Assembly (NCBI GenBank): GCA_951804945.1
Contig: OX638155.1
Location: 5,456,001-5,520,000 of the forward strand
DNA length: 64,000 nt
Origin: Podarcis cretensis
Lineage: Eukaryota
Direction: 5' to 3'
Part shown: one piece after another, positions 11,415 to 25,724 of the stretch
Position numbering within the stretch: the first letter of the stretch is position 1
Layout: every line of letters begins with the position of its first letter
Notes under the pieces: generated by a model
The model's input: the letters and a program-made list of their open reading frames with translations, nothing else
The model's database searches: none
What the model was told of the DNA's origin: nothing
Position numbers and translations under genes: made by a program

Positions 11415-11818
11415 GTGAGTAAATAAATTTCAATACTTTGGCCCTCATTATTCAATAGGTTTTATTTTATGAAATTTAAAAGAATTTCTAAAATAACAAA
11501 TCCTGGAAAAATCTGTTTATGCTTTCTGTAATAAAGATGTAAAGAGAGATGGTGTTTCATTAAATGATGAAGCACTTACTTTATTGATTCTAATAAATAA
11601 TGTATTTTGATCTATGTCATATTTTAAACATTTTTTCTAAGGATAATGGAAAGCTGGGTCAGATTTTGTTTTGAAAGGAAACTTGTGTACTATTCCTAAA
11701 GACCTTTATTGTGCATAACTTATATTGAAATCCACCTTCTGACCAGGTTAGAAACAGTCACAGGAAGGCCAATATTCTTTGTTGTATCACAGAAGTGTTT
11801 AGGAGGCTGGCAATGCTT

Positions 11819-11884
11819 GGCAGGGGCTTGGACTCAATGGCCCTTGTGGTCTCTTCCAACTCTATGATTCTATGATTCTATGAA
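11819..11884 (+). mobile_element. CR1-type 3' tail fragment
   Basis: ggggcttggactcaatggcccttgtggtctcttccaactctatgattctatgattctatga, carrying the CR1 (ATTCTATG)n terminus. Confidence 0.65.
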
Positions 11885-13210
11885 TGATCCTTGGCTTTTC
11901 CACTTGCCTGCCACAATGCAGGTTGCTGGAGAGGGGAAAGGAGCAATACTAAGGTCTGGTCAGCTGCATACAATCTGAACTATATTTAAGGCAATAGATA
12001 GGCACATACATCAGCACAGCTTTGTGACCTAGTATTTCTTTTTAACCTTTTATAATACGGTTGTCAGTGATGGATGGTCTGCAAGAACAGACATTTGTCT
12101 CTTTTCTGTGAAGCTACTCAGGTTTGTAGCCAAACCACTCAGTGATCCTACAGCAGAACGCTTGCCCACAGTTATCTTTTCAGCAGATAAGAGGGTGTGC
12201 AAGTGATAGAACAGCCTTCACATGAGGTTTTGTTTAGGAATGTACAACTTTTGCTACTGAAACTCAATAAAGTTATTTTGGAGTTCCTTGAAACGCTTGG
12301 CTCATTGCAATGGAAGAAGATAATGTTGTTATAACGATGTAGCCACCAATATCATGCAGTTCATATTACTTCCACCATAAAAAGTTATAGCATGACTGAA
12401 AAAAGTGTGGAGAAGGACAATAAAGATTTTCAGTGATGAAAATGCATCCTTATGAGGAGAGTTCAAATCATTCATGCATAGCTTCAGGCAGCAGTGGACA
12501 CAGCATGGTAAGCAGCCTGACCTCCTGGCAGGTGAGTCGCTGCCCTTCACCATGATGGGGCAATGCAGCAGTGAGGTTGGCACGCTGCAGATGCAATCCA
12601 GAAAAAGGACATGTTATTGAAATCAGTAAGTGTGTAAAACAGACATTAACTTGATTGATTTAATCTTTCGCTGATTTAATCTTATGGTCCTGAGATTAGA
12701 ACTACAGTTACTATAGTTGTAAAAAATCAATTTTGCTTTGATCTGTTCCTCCTTTTTAGTGGTCATGGTTCCATGGATTTCATAAGGTGAATCAAAACTG
12801 GTACATGTCAAGTTTCTGCACAGCAGTAATTAATTTCATGATTTTAATCTATGTTGGCCTCAATGTTATATACGTGCACACAGAAGCTCCTTTGTTGGTT
12901 CTTTTTGGTCTAATGATTTCCACATTCACTGAAGGATTCTCCAGTGGTCCAGGCTCCAACACTAAACAGCAATGAAGGTTCAAACACTCACTTCATCAGG
13001 TCATATTAAATTACCCACTTGAAAAGGCTAGGTTGAAATTCAGATAGGATCCTGTACATGATGAAATATAGAGCTGAGCTGAATGAGCTTTCAAAATGAA
13101 CCTTTTACCATGGAAATCGGGACATTGCGGTGCTAAGGAGGTCAAATGTTGAGAAATGGGTTAAGGAGCTTACTAGGGAAAGCAACAGCAGCAAATTCTC
13201 CCTCCCTTTT

Positions 13211-13359
13211 AGGCTGTGCACACAGCACACACTTAAAGCACATGGCTTTCCCCAAAGAATCCTGGGAACCATATTTTACCCCTCACAGAGCTAAAATTCC
13301 CAACATCCTTAACAACCTACAGTTTCTAGGATTCTGTGGGTGGGTGTGCATATGCAGCC
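13211..13359. mobile_element. Degenerate palindromic MITE
   Basis: Imperfect inverted ends (ggctg...cagcc) and internal inverted arms (agaatcctgggaac / gtttctaggattct). Confidence 0.4.
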
Positions 13360-13965
13360 AGTTTAGCTGGTTCTACAAGCAGTGGCAGCAATGGGACACA
13401 ATGTTCCTATGTAATGCTTCAGTTATGTGACATTAAGAAGGCCTTGTGTGCTCTGGTGAAGAATGTGGTGGTCCCTCACTGGCAGAGAACATGTGCTCAG
13501 CTGCTTCCACTTCCCATAAATTGGTGCCTCTAGATGCCCAAAAGGCTTCAGTCATCTACCACAAGTTGGAAGGCCATGGAACCAGCCACAGAGGAATATG
13601 TGTGGTGGTGCCGGCCATGCATCCTTGTACTACTGTCTCAATCATGTACTTACTATTTACTATTCATGCTTGAAGTGAGCTTTGATGGCAAAGGAAGCTG
13701 CATTACATGAATTCAGGGCATTCATTCAGTGTGGTATTGTCTATCACATTTAGTCTTCTAAATCTTTAGACTATCTATGGTAATATTCTCAAAAAGGTTT
13801 CTTTTAAAATGGAAAATAAACATGTGTCTTAACTGAACATTTTCCATAAATATTTTAGAACAAAATGTTAAGAGATGATTATTGAAAGCAAATGCAACTC
13901 ATTTACGAAATTCCACTGTGCTTTTCTGTGCAAAAGAAATTTATTCAGGGTGTCTGGAGGGACTC

Positions 13966-14294
13966 ACAGAGCCGCCAAGTATCCCTGTTTTCCAGGGACA
14001 GACCCCAATTTACAGAAGCCATCCTGGTTTCTGATTTGATCCTGGAATGTCCAACTTTTCCTTAGGATGTTCCTATTTTCATCAAAGAAATGTTGGAGGG
14101 ACATGGAATGGGATGGCCAAGGGGCTTTTTTTCAGCCAGAACTCACCAGAACTCAGTTCCAGCACCTCTCAGGTGGGCACCATTGCCATTGCAAGAGAAC
14201 AAGGGAGGCATTCATGAAGAGTTCCAGAACCTCTTTTTCTAGGAAAATAACACTGAATGTTCCTTTTTTCATCAGAGAAATGCTGGAGGGTATG
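13966..14294. mobile_element. Composite of short non-autonomous DNA elements (inner element about 14118-14255)
   Basis: The segment atgttcct-ttttcatca-agaaatg-tggaggg occurs twice, flanking an inner element whose 5' part recurs at about 18855-18920. Confidence 0.45.
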
Positions 14295-15491
14295 GTCTCA
14301 CAGTCACAGCAAATACAGAGAAACATCAAATGATAAAAATGATGTGTACTAGGTTTTTACATAAACAGCACAATTTACATAAATGACACAAAATGAAAAA
14401 ATAGTGCCACTCCTTCCTTGGTTGCCATCAGAGCCTTGGCCTGGCTACTGGCCACAATGGGAGGAAGACTGCCTCTGTCCACTGGCTTCAGCTCCATAGC
14501 TGCCTTCCCAAAAGGCTGTTAACACCAACAACTCAGGGAAATGAAAGGAACAAGTACTTTATAAAGTAAAAGAACCAAAGCAGACACTTTTGGGAACTGT
14601 GTAGTTCGTTTTGAATTTTTAAATCAAACCTCAGTCCTGACTTGCAGTTAAGGGCTCAGGGCCTTACAGAGATGGCCAAACTTCATCCTCACTGGCTGAG
14701 ATAAGTGATCTCCCTTTCTTACAAAGGGATAACTGCCCATGATGGCGGCTGCTCCTAGCTTCAGCTCTCTTACAGGCCATGTTTATATCCTCCCTCCAGA
14801 AGTCTTAAAGGGCGATTCGGAAGCACAAATAAGTATAGATTTATTTGTATAGCTTGGAACACAAACTTCTTCCTTCCACCATGGACATAACTATTTCTAC
14901 CCTGAAAGGGTTTAAGCATAACTAACTATATTTACATAGGGTAAGGAAGAAAAGACCCACATCTAATTCTACACATTTTAAAGTAACCTTTATTTCTTTG
15001 TAGCTAGGCTACAGACTGGGCAAATCTGATGGAAACATCAGATCAGTGACAAAAATTCTATATGCTTTAATATATAGTAATTCCACCTGGTGAACTATGA
15101 TAGAAGGATATTCTAATGTGGAGCATCAGAATAAATAGCTCTCAGGGCTCTGATGCCTGACTTCTGAAGTTTGAAGCCAATGAATTAACATTGGTGTTCA
15201 TGCATGGAATTTAGTCCTATTTTATTAAAATAAGTGAATAATCTCTTATACACACTATTTTATGCAGAGTTGTCAATAAATGCCTAAAACACCAGTCTAT
15301 TTTTTAAAAAAATTGTAATAGCTGACAACAACCACAAGTACAAATTTATCTGAAGTCTAAATGTTTGATGTTGCGTCTTTAGGGCAATTTTTTACTTATA
15401 AAAATTTATACTCGTGTTATGCCCATTCTTAAAGCAAAATAATTGTTTTATAATGGCAAATACAGGACTACCAATGTAGGAAAAAATAATC

Positions 15492-15534
15492 TCCAATTTT
15501 CAGTTGAGCCTCTGAGTGTCGCTGTTTACTAATC
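15492..15534 (+). promoter_or_regulatory. CSE / CTCF site of V3 promoter
   Basis: ttgagcctctgagtgtcgctgttt; CGCT 206 bp before the ATG. The upstream module is degraded (tccaa). Confidence 0.8.
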
Positions 15535-15725
15535 TGGCACAGGAAGACAGATATTCAGCAAACCCAGCTGCGGTATTCTTAAACACAAGCACAAAATATC
15601 TGATGCAAACTTACACAGATATTGTAGGCACTGTTAACAGAGACTTCTATTTTTTATTTTTTTAAAAACCACTAATTTAAAACCCAGAAGCTCCTGAGTC
15701 CTAGAACTGATAGTGTTGCAAGATA

Positions 15726-18149
15726 ATGAAAGAAAATCAAAAGCTATGGATCTGCAAAGAAAGGGTCTTGCGATGCCTCATAATTGTGCTTGCTTGGAAG
15801 ATAGTTTCTGGGAAGATTCATTATTCCATTCCTGAGGAGATGCAGAAAGGCTCTTTTGTGGGGGATATTGCAAAGGATCTAGGAGTGGATAGAAATCATC
15901 TTTCAGACCACGGACTACGGATTGTTACCAGGACAGGTATGAGTCAGTATTTTGCTTTGAATTACAACAGTGGCCATTTACAAACCTCTCAGAGAATAGA
16001 CAGAGAGGAAGTCTGTGGAAGGGCAGAAAGGTGTGTTTTAAGTTTTGATGTTATAGTTGAGAGCAAAATAGAGATCTATGGGGTTCAAGTGGAAATTATT
16101 GATATAAATGATAATGTTCCCCAGTTCTCATCGGGGAAACTGGAACTGAAAATCAGTGAGGCATCTACTGCCGGATCCCGGTTCCCTCTGCCTGAAGCTC
16201 AGGATCCAGACCTAGGGATAAATTCTATACAGACCTACCAACTCACAGGCAGTAGCCATTTTTCTCTGGAGGTGCAAGTTGAAGAAAATGGTGCCAAATC
16301 TGCTGAGCTGGTGTTGGGGAAAAATCTGGACCGGGAAGAGCAAGCTGTTTTCAACCTGATCCTCACAGCTACTGATGGAGGCGATCCAGTCAGGTCCAGC
16401 ACTGCTAACATCCAAGTCATTGTTTTAGATGCAAATGACAATGCACCTGTTTTCAGCAAACCAATCTATGAAATGAGCATCAAGGAGAACATTCTGAACG
16501 GGTCCAGCATTGCTACAGTTAGTGCTACTGATCTGGATGAAGGACAAAACGGAGAGATAAAATATTCATTCAAAAAAATCACAAAGAAGGATTCCAAAAT
16601 GTTTATTTTAAACTCAACAACTGGTACAATTACCTTAATGGGAAACCTTGATTATGAGGAATCATCCTCCTATGACTTTGAGGTGAAGGCTGAGGATGGA
16701 GGAGGGCTGAGTGACTGGTCAAAAGTTGTGATAATTGTTACGGATGTTAATGACAATGCACCTGAACTATCAATAACCTTTTTCATCAATACCATTTCTG
16801 AGAATTCACCAATAGGAACAGTTATTGCCCTTCTAAACGTACAAGATGAAGATTCAGGGGTCAATGGGGAGGTCACATGTTCAATTCCGAGTAAGCTCCC
16901 TTTCCAATTAAAACAGTCTTTTGATAACTTTTATAGTTTGGTGACACACAGTAACCTTGACAGAGAGAGCACAGCGGACTATAACATCACTATCACAGCT
17001 ACTGACCATGGAATTCCACCACTTTCTGTATCAACTTTTATCCTACTTCAAATCCAAGACACAAATGACAACCCTCCTGTTTTTGCAGAACCATCTTACT
17101 TGGCTTATTTTACAGAGAACAATCCAAGAGGAGCTCAAGTATTTTCCTTAAAAGCAAATGATCCAGACTGGGAGGAAAATGCCAGAATAAGTTATTCCAT
17201 AATTGAAGGGAACATGGACAAATTCCTTATTACCTCCTACCTCTCCATTAACTCAGAGACAGGGGTCATCTATGCTCTGAGTTCTTTTGACTATGAAGAG
17301 ATCAGGGAGATGAAGTTCCTGGTCAAGGCTCAGGATGGAGGTTCTCCACCACTCAGCTCCAATGTCTCAGTGACTCTCTTCATCCTGGACCAGAATGACA
17401 ATGCACCCCAAATCCTTTACCCCTCCCCTCCCACTGATGGCTCCACGGGGATAGAGCTGGCCCCTCGCTCCTCTGAGCCAGGCTACCTGGTCACTAAGGT
17501 GGTGGCTGTGGATGCGGACTCTGGCCAGAATGCCTGGCTCTCCTACCAGCTGATCAAGGCCACTGAGCCAGGGCTCTTCACTCTGGGGCTCCACACGGGA
17601 GAGATCAGGACGGCCCGCTTCTTTCTGGAGAAAGATGCCCTCAAGCAAAGCCTGGTGGTTTTAGTCAAGGACAATGGGCAGCCTCCAATGTCGGCATCAG
17701 TCACTGTCACTGTGGTCTTGGCTGATAGCATCCCTGACATGCTGACTGATCTGAGCAGTGTCCCAGTATCTGAAGACCCACAGTCAGATCTCACCTTCTA
17801 CTTGGTGACTGCAGTGGCTTTTGTCTCCTGCTTGTTCCTTGCCTTCCTCCTTGTGTTATTGGCACTCAGACTTCGCAGGTGGAAAAATTCTCAGCTATGT
17901 GATAATGCAAGTTTGAATTTCAGTGCTGCACCAGTTTCACAGTTTGTGGGGATTGACGGAGTCCGGGCATTTCTTCAGTCTTATTGCCATGAGGTTTCAT
18001 TGACTTCAGGCTCTCGGAAAAGTCAGATACTTTTTCCAATTGGAAGTTGTACCAATACTCTGACACCACAGCAGGCTTCTGATAAACCAGGCCCTGTGTT
18101 ACTCATAGGTGATTCTAACACAGTTACGGAGGAGGCAGCAATCCATCAA
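15726..18149 (+). CDS. PCDHGA: Protocadherin gamma-A-like variable exon V3 (808 codons to donor)
   Basis: Full architecture. Donor CAA|GTGAGT at 18149/18150; unspliced stop at 18161. Confidence 0.93.
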
Positions 18150-18588
18150 GTGAGTACATAAATGCTAAGCTTTCCCATTTGATCTCCCAATATTCTAAAA
18201 TGCATAGGAAACTTTCCTGAATATAAAGATTTTCTGAATGCTGCTACTGCCATTGTTTAACCATGTATAACGATCTCTAGAACAGATAGGTTGTCTTTCT
18301 TACTCTATGTCTTGGTAGTATGTCTTGTAGTTTTGATGGCAGGTGAAGTCATCTTGCATATTCTGTAGTGCGTTTCTACCATGTGCACAATGAACTTTGC
18401 CTTTTGAAAAGGTTCTGTTGTTGACCTTCTGAATGCCTGTAGATGCAATGCTCCCTTTTTGTCAACAATTTTATGTGGGATTATAAATTGATGCTCCCCT
18501 TTTCATCAAATACATTCAGGCTTCAGTTCTTTGCACCATGGTGCTGGTCAACGTAAATGCTATATTTATCTTGTTTTTGTTTTTTATT

Positions 18589-18730
18589 NNNNNNNNNNNN
18601 NNNNNNNNNNNNNNNNNNNNNNNNNNNNNNNNNNNNNNNNNNNNNNNNNNNNNNNNNNNNNNNNNNNNNNNNNNNNNNNNNNNNNNNNNNNNNNNNNNNN
18701 NNNNNNNNNNNNNNNNNNNNNNNNNNNNNN
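18589..18730. other. Assembly gap (142 N)
   Basis: Run of N. Confidence 1.
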
Positions 18731-19448
18731 ACCACACATATATAAATGAAATAACATTAGTAAAACAAATCAGCAATAGCTCTATATCCAAAAATTGTTG
18801 TAACAGGGAACCTACAATGTGTAGTTTTTACTTTCATTAATTGTTAATGATATCCAGTGCTTTTTTTCAGCTGGAGTGCGCTGTAGTGAAGTTCTGGCAC
18901 CTCTCAGATGGGCGCCATTGTGGGCTGGCACTCCCCCCCCCCACTTCATGCCTTTACATATTTCTGAGAAGCCCCAAACTAACATTTCAAGTCAAATGGT
19001 AGCTGCCCAGTGTGTCTACACTTTTTAAAGATCTATGATTCCAACCAGCTCCTAGCTGCTCTTAGCCATGATTGGTCAAGGTTAGGACTTGACTACAGGA
19101 CTAATTCGTACTTCCTTTTCTTCAGTCCGTCTGCTGTGTAGCGGCAGTGGGTTTTAAGCTGTCCCACCAGCCTTCTACCACTGCATGAGTGTGTGTTTGT
19201 GCAAGGGTCCTTCTGAGCTGCCCTAGCCATCCTCCTATATCTAAGAGAGCAAGGGAGGCAGGGGCACATTTATCTTTAATCGTATCAATATTCTGTGCCT
19301 AACACTAAGGCTAAATCCTGGGACATTTGGTACTAGATTTGGGAATATGGAGCATAAATACTATTATAGACTAATGGCATTGTTATCTCATTGGCTAAAC
19401 TAATACTATCCTTCAGGCAAATAAAGGTATAGTGAAAAAAATATAGAA

Positions 19449-19770
19449 ATAATAATAACTTATTTATACCCCACCCATCTGGCTGGATTTCCCCAGCCAC
19501 TCTGGGTGGCTCCCAACTGAATATTAAAAACACAATACAGCATTAAACATTAAAAACTTCCCTAAACAGGGCTGCCTTCAGATGTCTTTTAAAAATAACA
19601 TAGTCACTTATTGCCTTGACATCTGATGGGAGGGCGTTCCACAGGGCAGGGGCCACTACTAAGAAGGCCCTCTGCCTGGTTCCCTGTAACCTCATTTCTT
19701 GCAGTGAGGGAACTGCCAGAAGGGCCTCGGCGCTGGACCTCAGTGTTCGGGCTAAACGATGGGGGTTGGA
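19449..19770 (-). mobile_element. L2-clade LINE 3' fragment
   Basis: The minus strand encodes RAFLVVAPALWNALP and RHLKAALFREVF (typical L2 ORF2 end), followed by the 3' UTR and an AT-rich tail. Confidence 0.8.
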
Positions 19771-20231
19771 AAATTATGGGTCAGACTACACATCTAGTAA
19801 AGAAAATGAAATGATAACTAAATCCTATGCCCTATTTCTTCTAATTTCAGTGAGTTATTAAAGAAAGTTACCAACCCTTACACACACACAAAATTAGGAA
19901 GAATTAAGAAACCTGGTCCTAATTAACTCCATGTTGATTTGGTAAAGTTGCATTATTAAAGGAATGTGTAACCAGGGTTCTCTTTCCCTTCTCCCCTAAC
20001 AGTTCTAATTCAATACTTAAATAATATACAAATTTAATTAATTTTGGGGAGGAGAAGCAGGAATTAAAAGTAATACAATGGAAGAGATTCAGGCCAAAGG
20101 TGAGCAAGCAATATCAAGAATACTAAAATATTATACATACATCACAACTTCTAGCCTTGACTAACTGGCTAAACTAATTGGGGAAATGCTGTAAAACACA
20201 ACATTTTCAGTGACAATGATTGTCAATATAT

Positions 20232-20299
20232 CTTAGTCAGTAGAGCATGAGACTCTTAATCTCAGGGCCGTGGTCCCTTCCAACTCTATGGTTCTATGA
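20232..20299 (+). mobile_element. Internally deleted tRNA-head / CR1-tail SINE
   Basis: A tRNA-like 5' half (gtagagcatgagactcttaatctcaggg) is joined at cgtgg directly to a CR1 tail (tcccttccaactctatggttctatga). Confidence 0.55.
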
Positions 20300-21573
20300 A
20301 TATTGGTATAGAGAAACCCACCAAAATACTAGAAAGTATGTAATATCAACTAATACCAAAGGACACCATAATCTTGGCTGCAAAATATCATATTTGAGAA
20401 AACACTATAGTATTTTGGGGAAACAAGACTTCAGTAAGAGTCAGCTTAGTTATTGTACAGGAGATAATACACAACAACAATCTTCAGGTGAGCTTTTCCT
20501 CTTAACTCAAAAAGCAGACTCGGAGGTTGTAACTGCAAGTGCATAGGACTACTGCCTCTTTCTCTTCCTGCTGTTTGCTGAAAACAAGCCTCCCTGGTTG
20601 CATTCTCATTCATGGGGAGCTAGGGGAAGAAAATCAGCTTGGAAATTTTTGAATGAACAAATGGCAGGAATGAATGAGCTGCTCCTGCTCCTGATGATGA
20701 TGGTTCCCAACAAGATTAAAAGTTATCTCTCCACCTACTTAACTGAAACCATGTGGTGCTGCACTTGCAGGATGTGACAACACAACCAGCCCTTCCTCAG
20801 AACACCATTAGGTGGGTGGGTGCTGTGAAGTGACGTGAGCAGAAAGACATGAATTGCTATGTGGCTCCAAGCCAAGGATGGCCACACGAGAAAAGGCGAA
20901 AGTGGGTGTAGAATGACAATCTCTCCTTTTAGAAATCGCCATTCTCAATTTCAAGCAAATCTCAAGTATTGGAATGTGCCATTCAGGTAGGAATGAGTGT
21001 CCTGCCTTGAAGAGTTGATAGTTGCTCATCACTTCTTCCCATAAAGTATCATCCGATTTCCTGATTTCCTCCCCATCATGCCTTTAGAGTTGTGAATGGT
21101 AGCAGCATTCGAGAGTTTAATACTCTGTAGATTTGTGAAAGAAGTATTTTACCGAATGGATTATAAATGGACATAGTGTGGGAGTCAAAGTATGTGACGC
21201 ATGTATTTGGATCATTTTAGTGTCAGTTTTCTGCTGACACTCAGGTGTTGTGCAAGGGGTTGACCTGTATAAAAATATTTGAGCCAAAAAAAGCCACACC
21301 TGTTCCCACTGTCCAAATATTGTTATTCTATCTTCATTAAAAAAATAATGGATGGTAGATTAAAAGCATCATAAGTGATATCAGAGGGGCAAATTTTGAG
21401 AACCATTCTTTCCAGATCCTATGGTTAGAGAACAAGAAAAGATTAGGTAAGTAATCTAGGAATTGTTAAGTGAAAAGATAACCAACACATAGACTCTTGA
21501 CCCAGTGTATGTTCCATTGTGGTCCATGACACCCTTTCCAAGCCCTGAATCAGCAGCAAAACATTGTGACTTT

Positions 21574-22110
21574 ATAAGAACATAATATGATTTCATAAGA
21601 AGAACCTGCTGGATGAAGCCAATAGCCCATGCAGTTCAGCATCCTGGCTGAGTGGTCAACCAGATACCTGTGGGAAGCCTACAAATAGGACCAGAGCTCA
21701 AAAGCACCCTCCCATCCCGTGGATTCCAGCAACTGGTATTCAAAAGCATTACTGCCTCTAGCTGTGGAGGCAGAGCATAACCATTATGGGTAATAGCCTT
21801 CAATAGCCCTTTCCTCCATGAATTTTGTCTAATCCTCTTTTAAAGCCATCTGAGTGGTCATCACTGCCTCCTGTGGGCTTGTGTTCCTTCATCTAACTAT
21901 GCACTGCTTGTTCCTTTTATCTGTTCTGAATCTCCCAGCGTTCAGCTTCACTGGATGTCCCTGCGTTCTAGTGTTTTACATAATTATATAAACTTCTATC
22001 ATGTTACCTCTTACCCACCTATTCTCTAAACTAAAAATTCCCAAGAGCTGCAAGTTTTCTTCATAGAAGGGGTTGCTTGTACTCCTTGATAATTTTGTTT
22101 ATTCTTTTTT
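21574..22110 (-). mobile_element. CR1 LINE 3' fragment
   Basis: ataagaacata tail plus typical CR1 reverse-strand text (tctaatcctcttttaaagccatc, ctaaactaaaaattcccaa). Confidence 0.65.
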
Positions 22111-23065
22111 GAATAGATCTCAGTGATCCACCAGGTGTATATAGGGACAGGAGTTCTTTCAGAAAACAAGGTCCTGAGTTGTTCAGGGCTTTGCATCCAA
22201 TATATTTAAATAATTTACCATGAAGTGCTCAAACCTCTTAAATGCTCTTGAGATACTGAGGGAGACTGAAACCGCTGTGCCTTCTGTTGTCTTCCTCTAC
22301 CAACACACACATACATACATTATTTTATTTGTATGCCTCTTTTCCACAGTTCAGACCATACTCAAGGTAGCTTACGATATAAAAAAATACATAACTACAA
22401 CATAACAAAAGTAGTCATAAACAATAAATAAAACATGGAACTGATAATAAAACATGAAGCACAACCAAACTGATCAGTTTCTACATAAATCACAAGATCT
22501 AAAATAAAGATACAAAAAACCAACAGCAACAGCAGCAGCAAACCCTCATCACCCCAAAACAGCAAATCAATCGTCTCACCCACCGTCCTTTCCACTTTAA
22601 AATTCACTCACCAGAGCATAGCAGGTGTGAGAGGAAGGTGGACTAAAAGAAAACGGGACTGCTGGATGCCTGAGACCGTGGTCCTCTACACAGGGCAATT
22701 ATCTTATGAATAAGCACGTGCACTGTTGAAACATTTAAAGCAGCCTCTCTGAGTGAACACCTTGCTACCCTAAGTGCAGATAAGCCTGGGCTGCTTTATA
22801 AAACATGCAATAAACCCTACTTACATGACTATATTAACAGATAATGAATTCAATCCTCCTAATGCAATTAACACCCCATATATTAATGCACATTACAAGC
22901 ACAAGAAAAAAGCACCAACTTTTTAAAGTACTCCAGATGAAGATAATGAGATTGCCTCGCCATATCACTTGGGTCTATTAAACAGGATGTGGAACTTTCA
23001 GTCCATCACATCCCTGACTCAGATTGTCTAGGCAAATATGAAAGTAAGATTATGTTAAAATGAGC

Positions 23066-23107
23066 TATAGTTTTCAGTTGAGCCTCTGGGTGTCGCTGTT
23101 CACCAAT
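23066..23107 (+). promoter_or_regulatory. CSE / CTCF site of V4 promoter (CGCT + CCAAT)
   Basis: tatag...ttgagcctctgggtgtcgctgttcaccaat; CGCT 204 bp before the ATG. Confidence 0.85.
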
Positions 23108-23297
23108 TTGGCTACAGAACACACTGGGAGCTCCATAAATTCTCTAATGTATAAACAGAAAATATCTGCATGACCATACTTGCACAGACATTGCAGGGAG
23201 TGTAATAGGAGCAACTTTAAATAAAAAACAACAGCATTTATTTCATACTCAAAAACGTCTGAGCCAGAATAAGTGGCATTTATCCTGTTGCAAGAAA

Positions 23298-25724
23298 ATG
23301 GGAGAAAATCAGAAGCAATGGAGCTGTAAAGAGACAATCTTGTTGCAATGCCTCATATTGATGTTCATTTTGAAGACAGTTTCTGCACAACTTCATTATT
23401 CCATTCCAGAGGAGATGCAGAAAGGCTCTTTTGTGGGAAATATTGCAAAGGATCTAGGAATGGATGGAAATAATCTTTCAAACCGTGAGCTCCGGATTCT
23501 TACCAGAACAGGTATGATTCAGTATTTTGCTTTGAACTACAACAGTGGTCATTTACAAACCACTGAGAGAATTGACAGAGAAGAAATTTGTGCATGGGCA
23601 GAGAAGTGCAAATTAAATTTTCAGGTTATTGTTGAGAGTAAAAGAAAACTTTATGGAGTTGAAGTGGAAGTTACTGATATAAACGATAATGCTCCCCACT
23701 TTCCTCCAGGACAACTGGAGGTGAAAATTAATGAAATATCTATAAAAGGGTCTCGGTTTCCACTGCCTGAGGCTACTGATCCAGATCTGGGGATAAATTC
23801 TGTTCAGAATTACCAACTCACAGGCAGCGTGCATTTTTCTCTGAATGTTCAAACAGGAGAAAATGGTCCCAAACATGCTGAGCTGGTGCTGGAAAAATCT
23901 TTGGACAGAGAGGAACAGTCAGTTTATGATCTAATTCTTATGGCTATGGATGGGGGTGATCCTGTCAGGACTGGCACTGCTCAAATTCAAGTCATTGTTT
24001 TAGATGTAAATGACAACACACCAATTTTTAGCCAACCAGTCTATGAAATCAGCATTGAGGAGAACATTCCCAAAGGGTCCATAGTCTGTGCAGTCAAAGC
24101 CACTGATCTGGATGAAGGAATCAACGGAGAAGTGAAATACTCCTTCAAAAAAACCACAAAAAAGGATTCACAAATGTTTCTTTTAAATTCAACAACTGGC
24201 ATAATAACCCTCATGGGAAACTTGGACTTTGAGACATCATCCTTCTATGAATTTGAGGTGCAAGCCATGGATGGGGGTGGTCTAAGTGACAGGTCAAAGG
24301 TTGTGATCATGGTCACAAATCTGAATGACAATGCGCCAGAATTAACTGTGACCTTTCTGACCAACTCCATTCATGAGAACTCATCAACCGGAACAGTTAT
24401 TGCTATTATAAATGTAGAAGATCAAGATTCTGGAATCAATAGTGAGGTCACATGCACAATTCCCAGAAACCTCCCGTTTCAGCTAAAACAATCCATAGAC
24501 AACTTTTATAGTTTGGTGACAGATGGCCCCCTTGACAGAGAACAAGTGGCAAACTACAACATCACCATCACAGTAACTGACCATGGAATGCCTTCTCTTT
24601 CTACAGCCACCATCATAGCTCTGCACATTTTAGACACAAATGATAACCCACCTCACTTTGCAAGATCAGATTACAAGTCATTTTTCATGGAAAATAATCA
24701 GAGAGGAGCATCCATCTTTTCTCTAAATGCAAATGATCCAGACTGGGAAGAGAACTCCAGAATAACATATTCCATCATAGAAAGTCAAGTGACTGGCTCC
24801 CCTCTCTCCTCCTACCTCTCCATTAACTCAGAGACAGGGGTCATCTATGCTCTGAGTTCTTTTGACTATGAAGAGATCAGAGAGATGAGGTTCCTGGTCA
24901 AGGCCCAGGATGGAGGTTCTCCACCACTCAGCTCCAACGTCTCGGTGACGCTCTTCATCCTGGACCAGAATGACAATGCTCCCCAAATCCTTTACCCCTC
25001 CCCTCCCACTGACGGCTCCACGGGGATAGAGCTGGCCCCTCGCTCCTCTGAGCCAGGCTACCTGGTCACTAAGGTGGTGGCCGTGGATGCAGACTCTGGC
25101 CAGAATGCCTGGCTCTCCTACCAGCTGATCAAGGCCACCGAGCCAGGGCTCTTCACTCTGGGGCTCCACACGGGAGAGATCAGGACAGCCCGGTTCTTTC
25201 TGGAGAAAGATGCCCTCAAGCAAAGCCTGGTGGTTTTAGTCAAGGACAATGGGCAACCTCCAATGTCGGCTTCAGTCACTGTCACTGTGGTCTTGGCTGA
25301 CAGCATCCCTGACATGCTGACTGATCTGAGCAGCGTCCCAGTATCTGAAGACCCACAGTCAGATCTCACCTTCTACTTGGTGACTGCAGTGGCTTTTGTC
25401 TCCTGCTTGTTCCTTGCCTTCCTCCTTGTGTTATTGGCACTCAAACTTCGCAGATGGAAAAATTCTCAGCTGTGTGATAATGCAAGTTTGAATTTCAGTG
25501 GTGCACCAGTTTCACAGTTTGTGGGGATTGATGGAGTCCGGGCATTTCTTCAGTCTTATTGCCATGAGGTTTCACTGACTTCAGGCTCTCGGAAAAGTCA
25601 GATTCTTTTTCCAATCGGAAGCTGTACCAATACTCTGACACCACAACAGGCTCCTGATAAGCCAGGCCCTGTGTTACTCATAGGTGATTCTAACACGGTT
25701 ACGGAGGAGGCAGCAATCCCTCAG
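23298..25724 (+). CDS. PCDHGA: Protocadherin gamma-A-like variable exon V4 (809 codons to donor)
   Basis: Full architecture. Donor CAG|GTGAGC at 25724/25725; unspliced stop at 25736. Confidence 0.93.

Noticed and set aside
18516-18840. ORFs spanning X runs
   Set aside because: Artefacts of the N gap.
20232-20270. tRNA-like sequence
   Set aside because: Only the 5' half is present, fused to a CR1 tail; it is a SINE remnant, not a tRNA gene.
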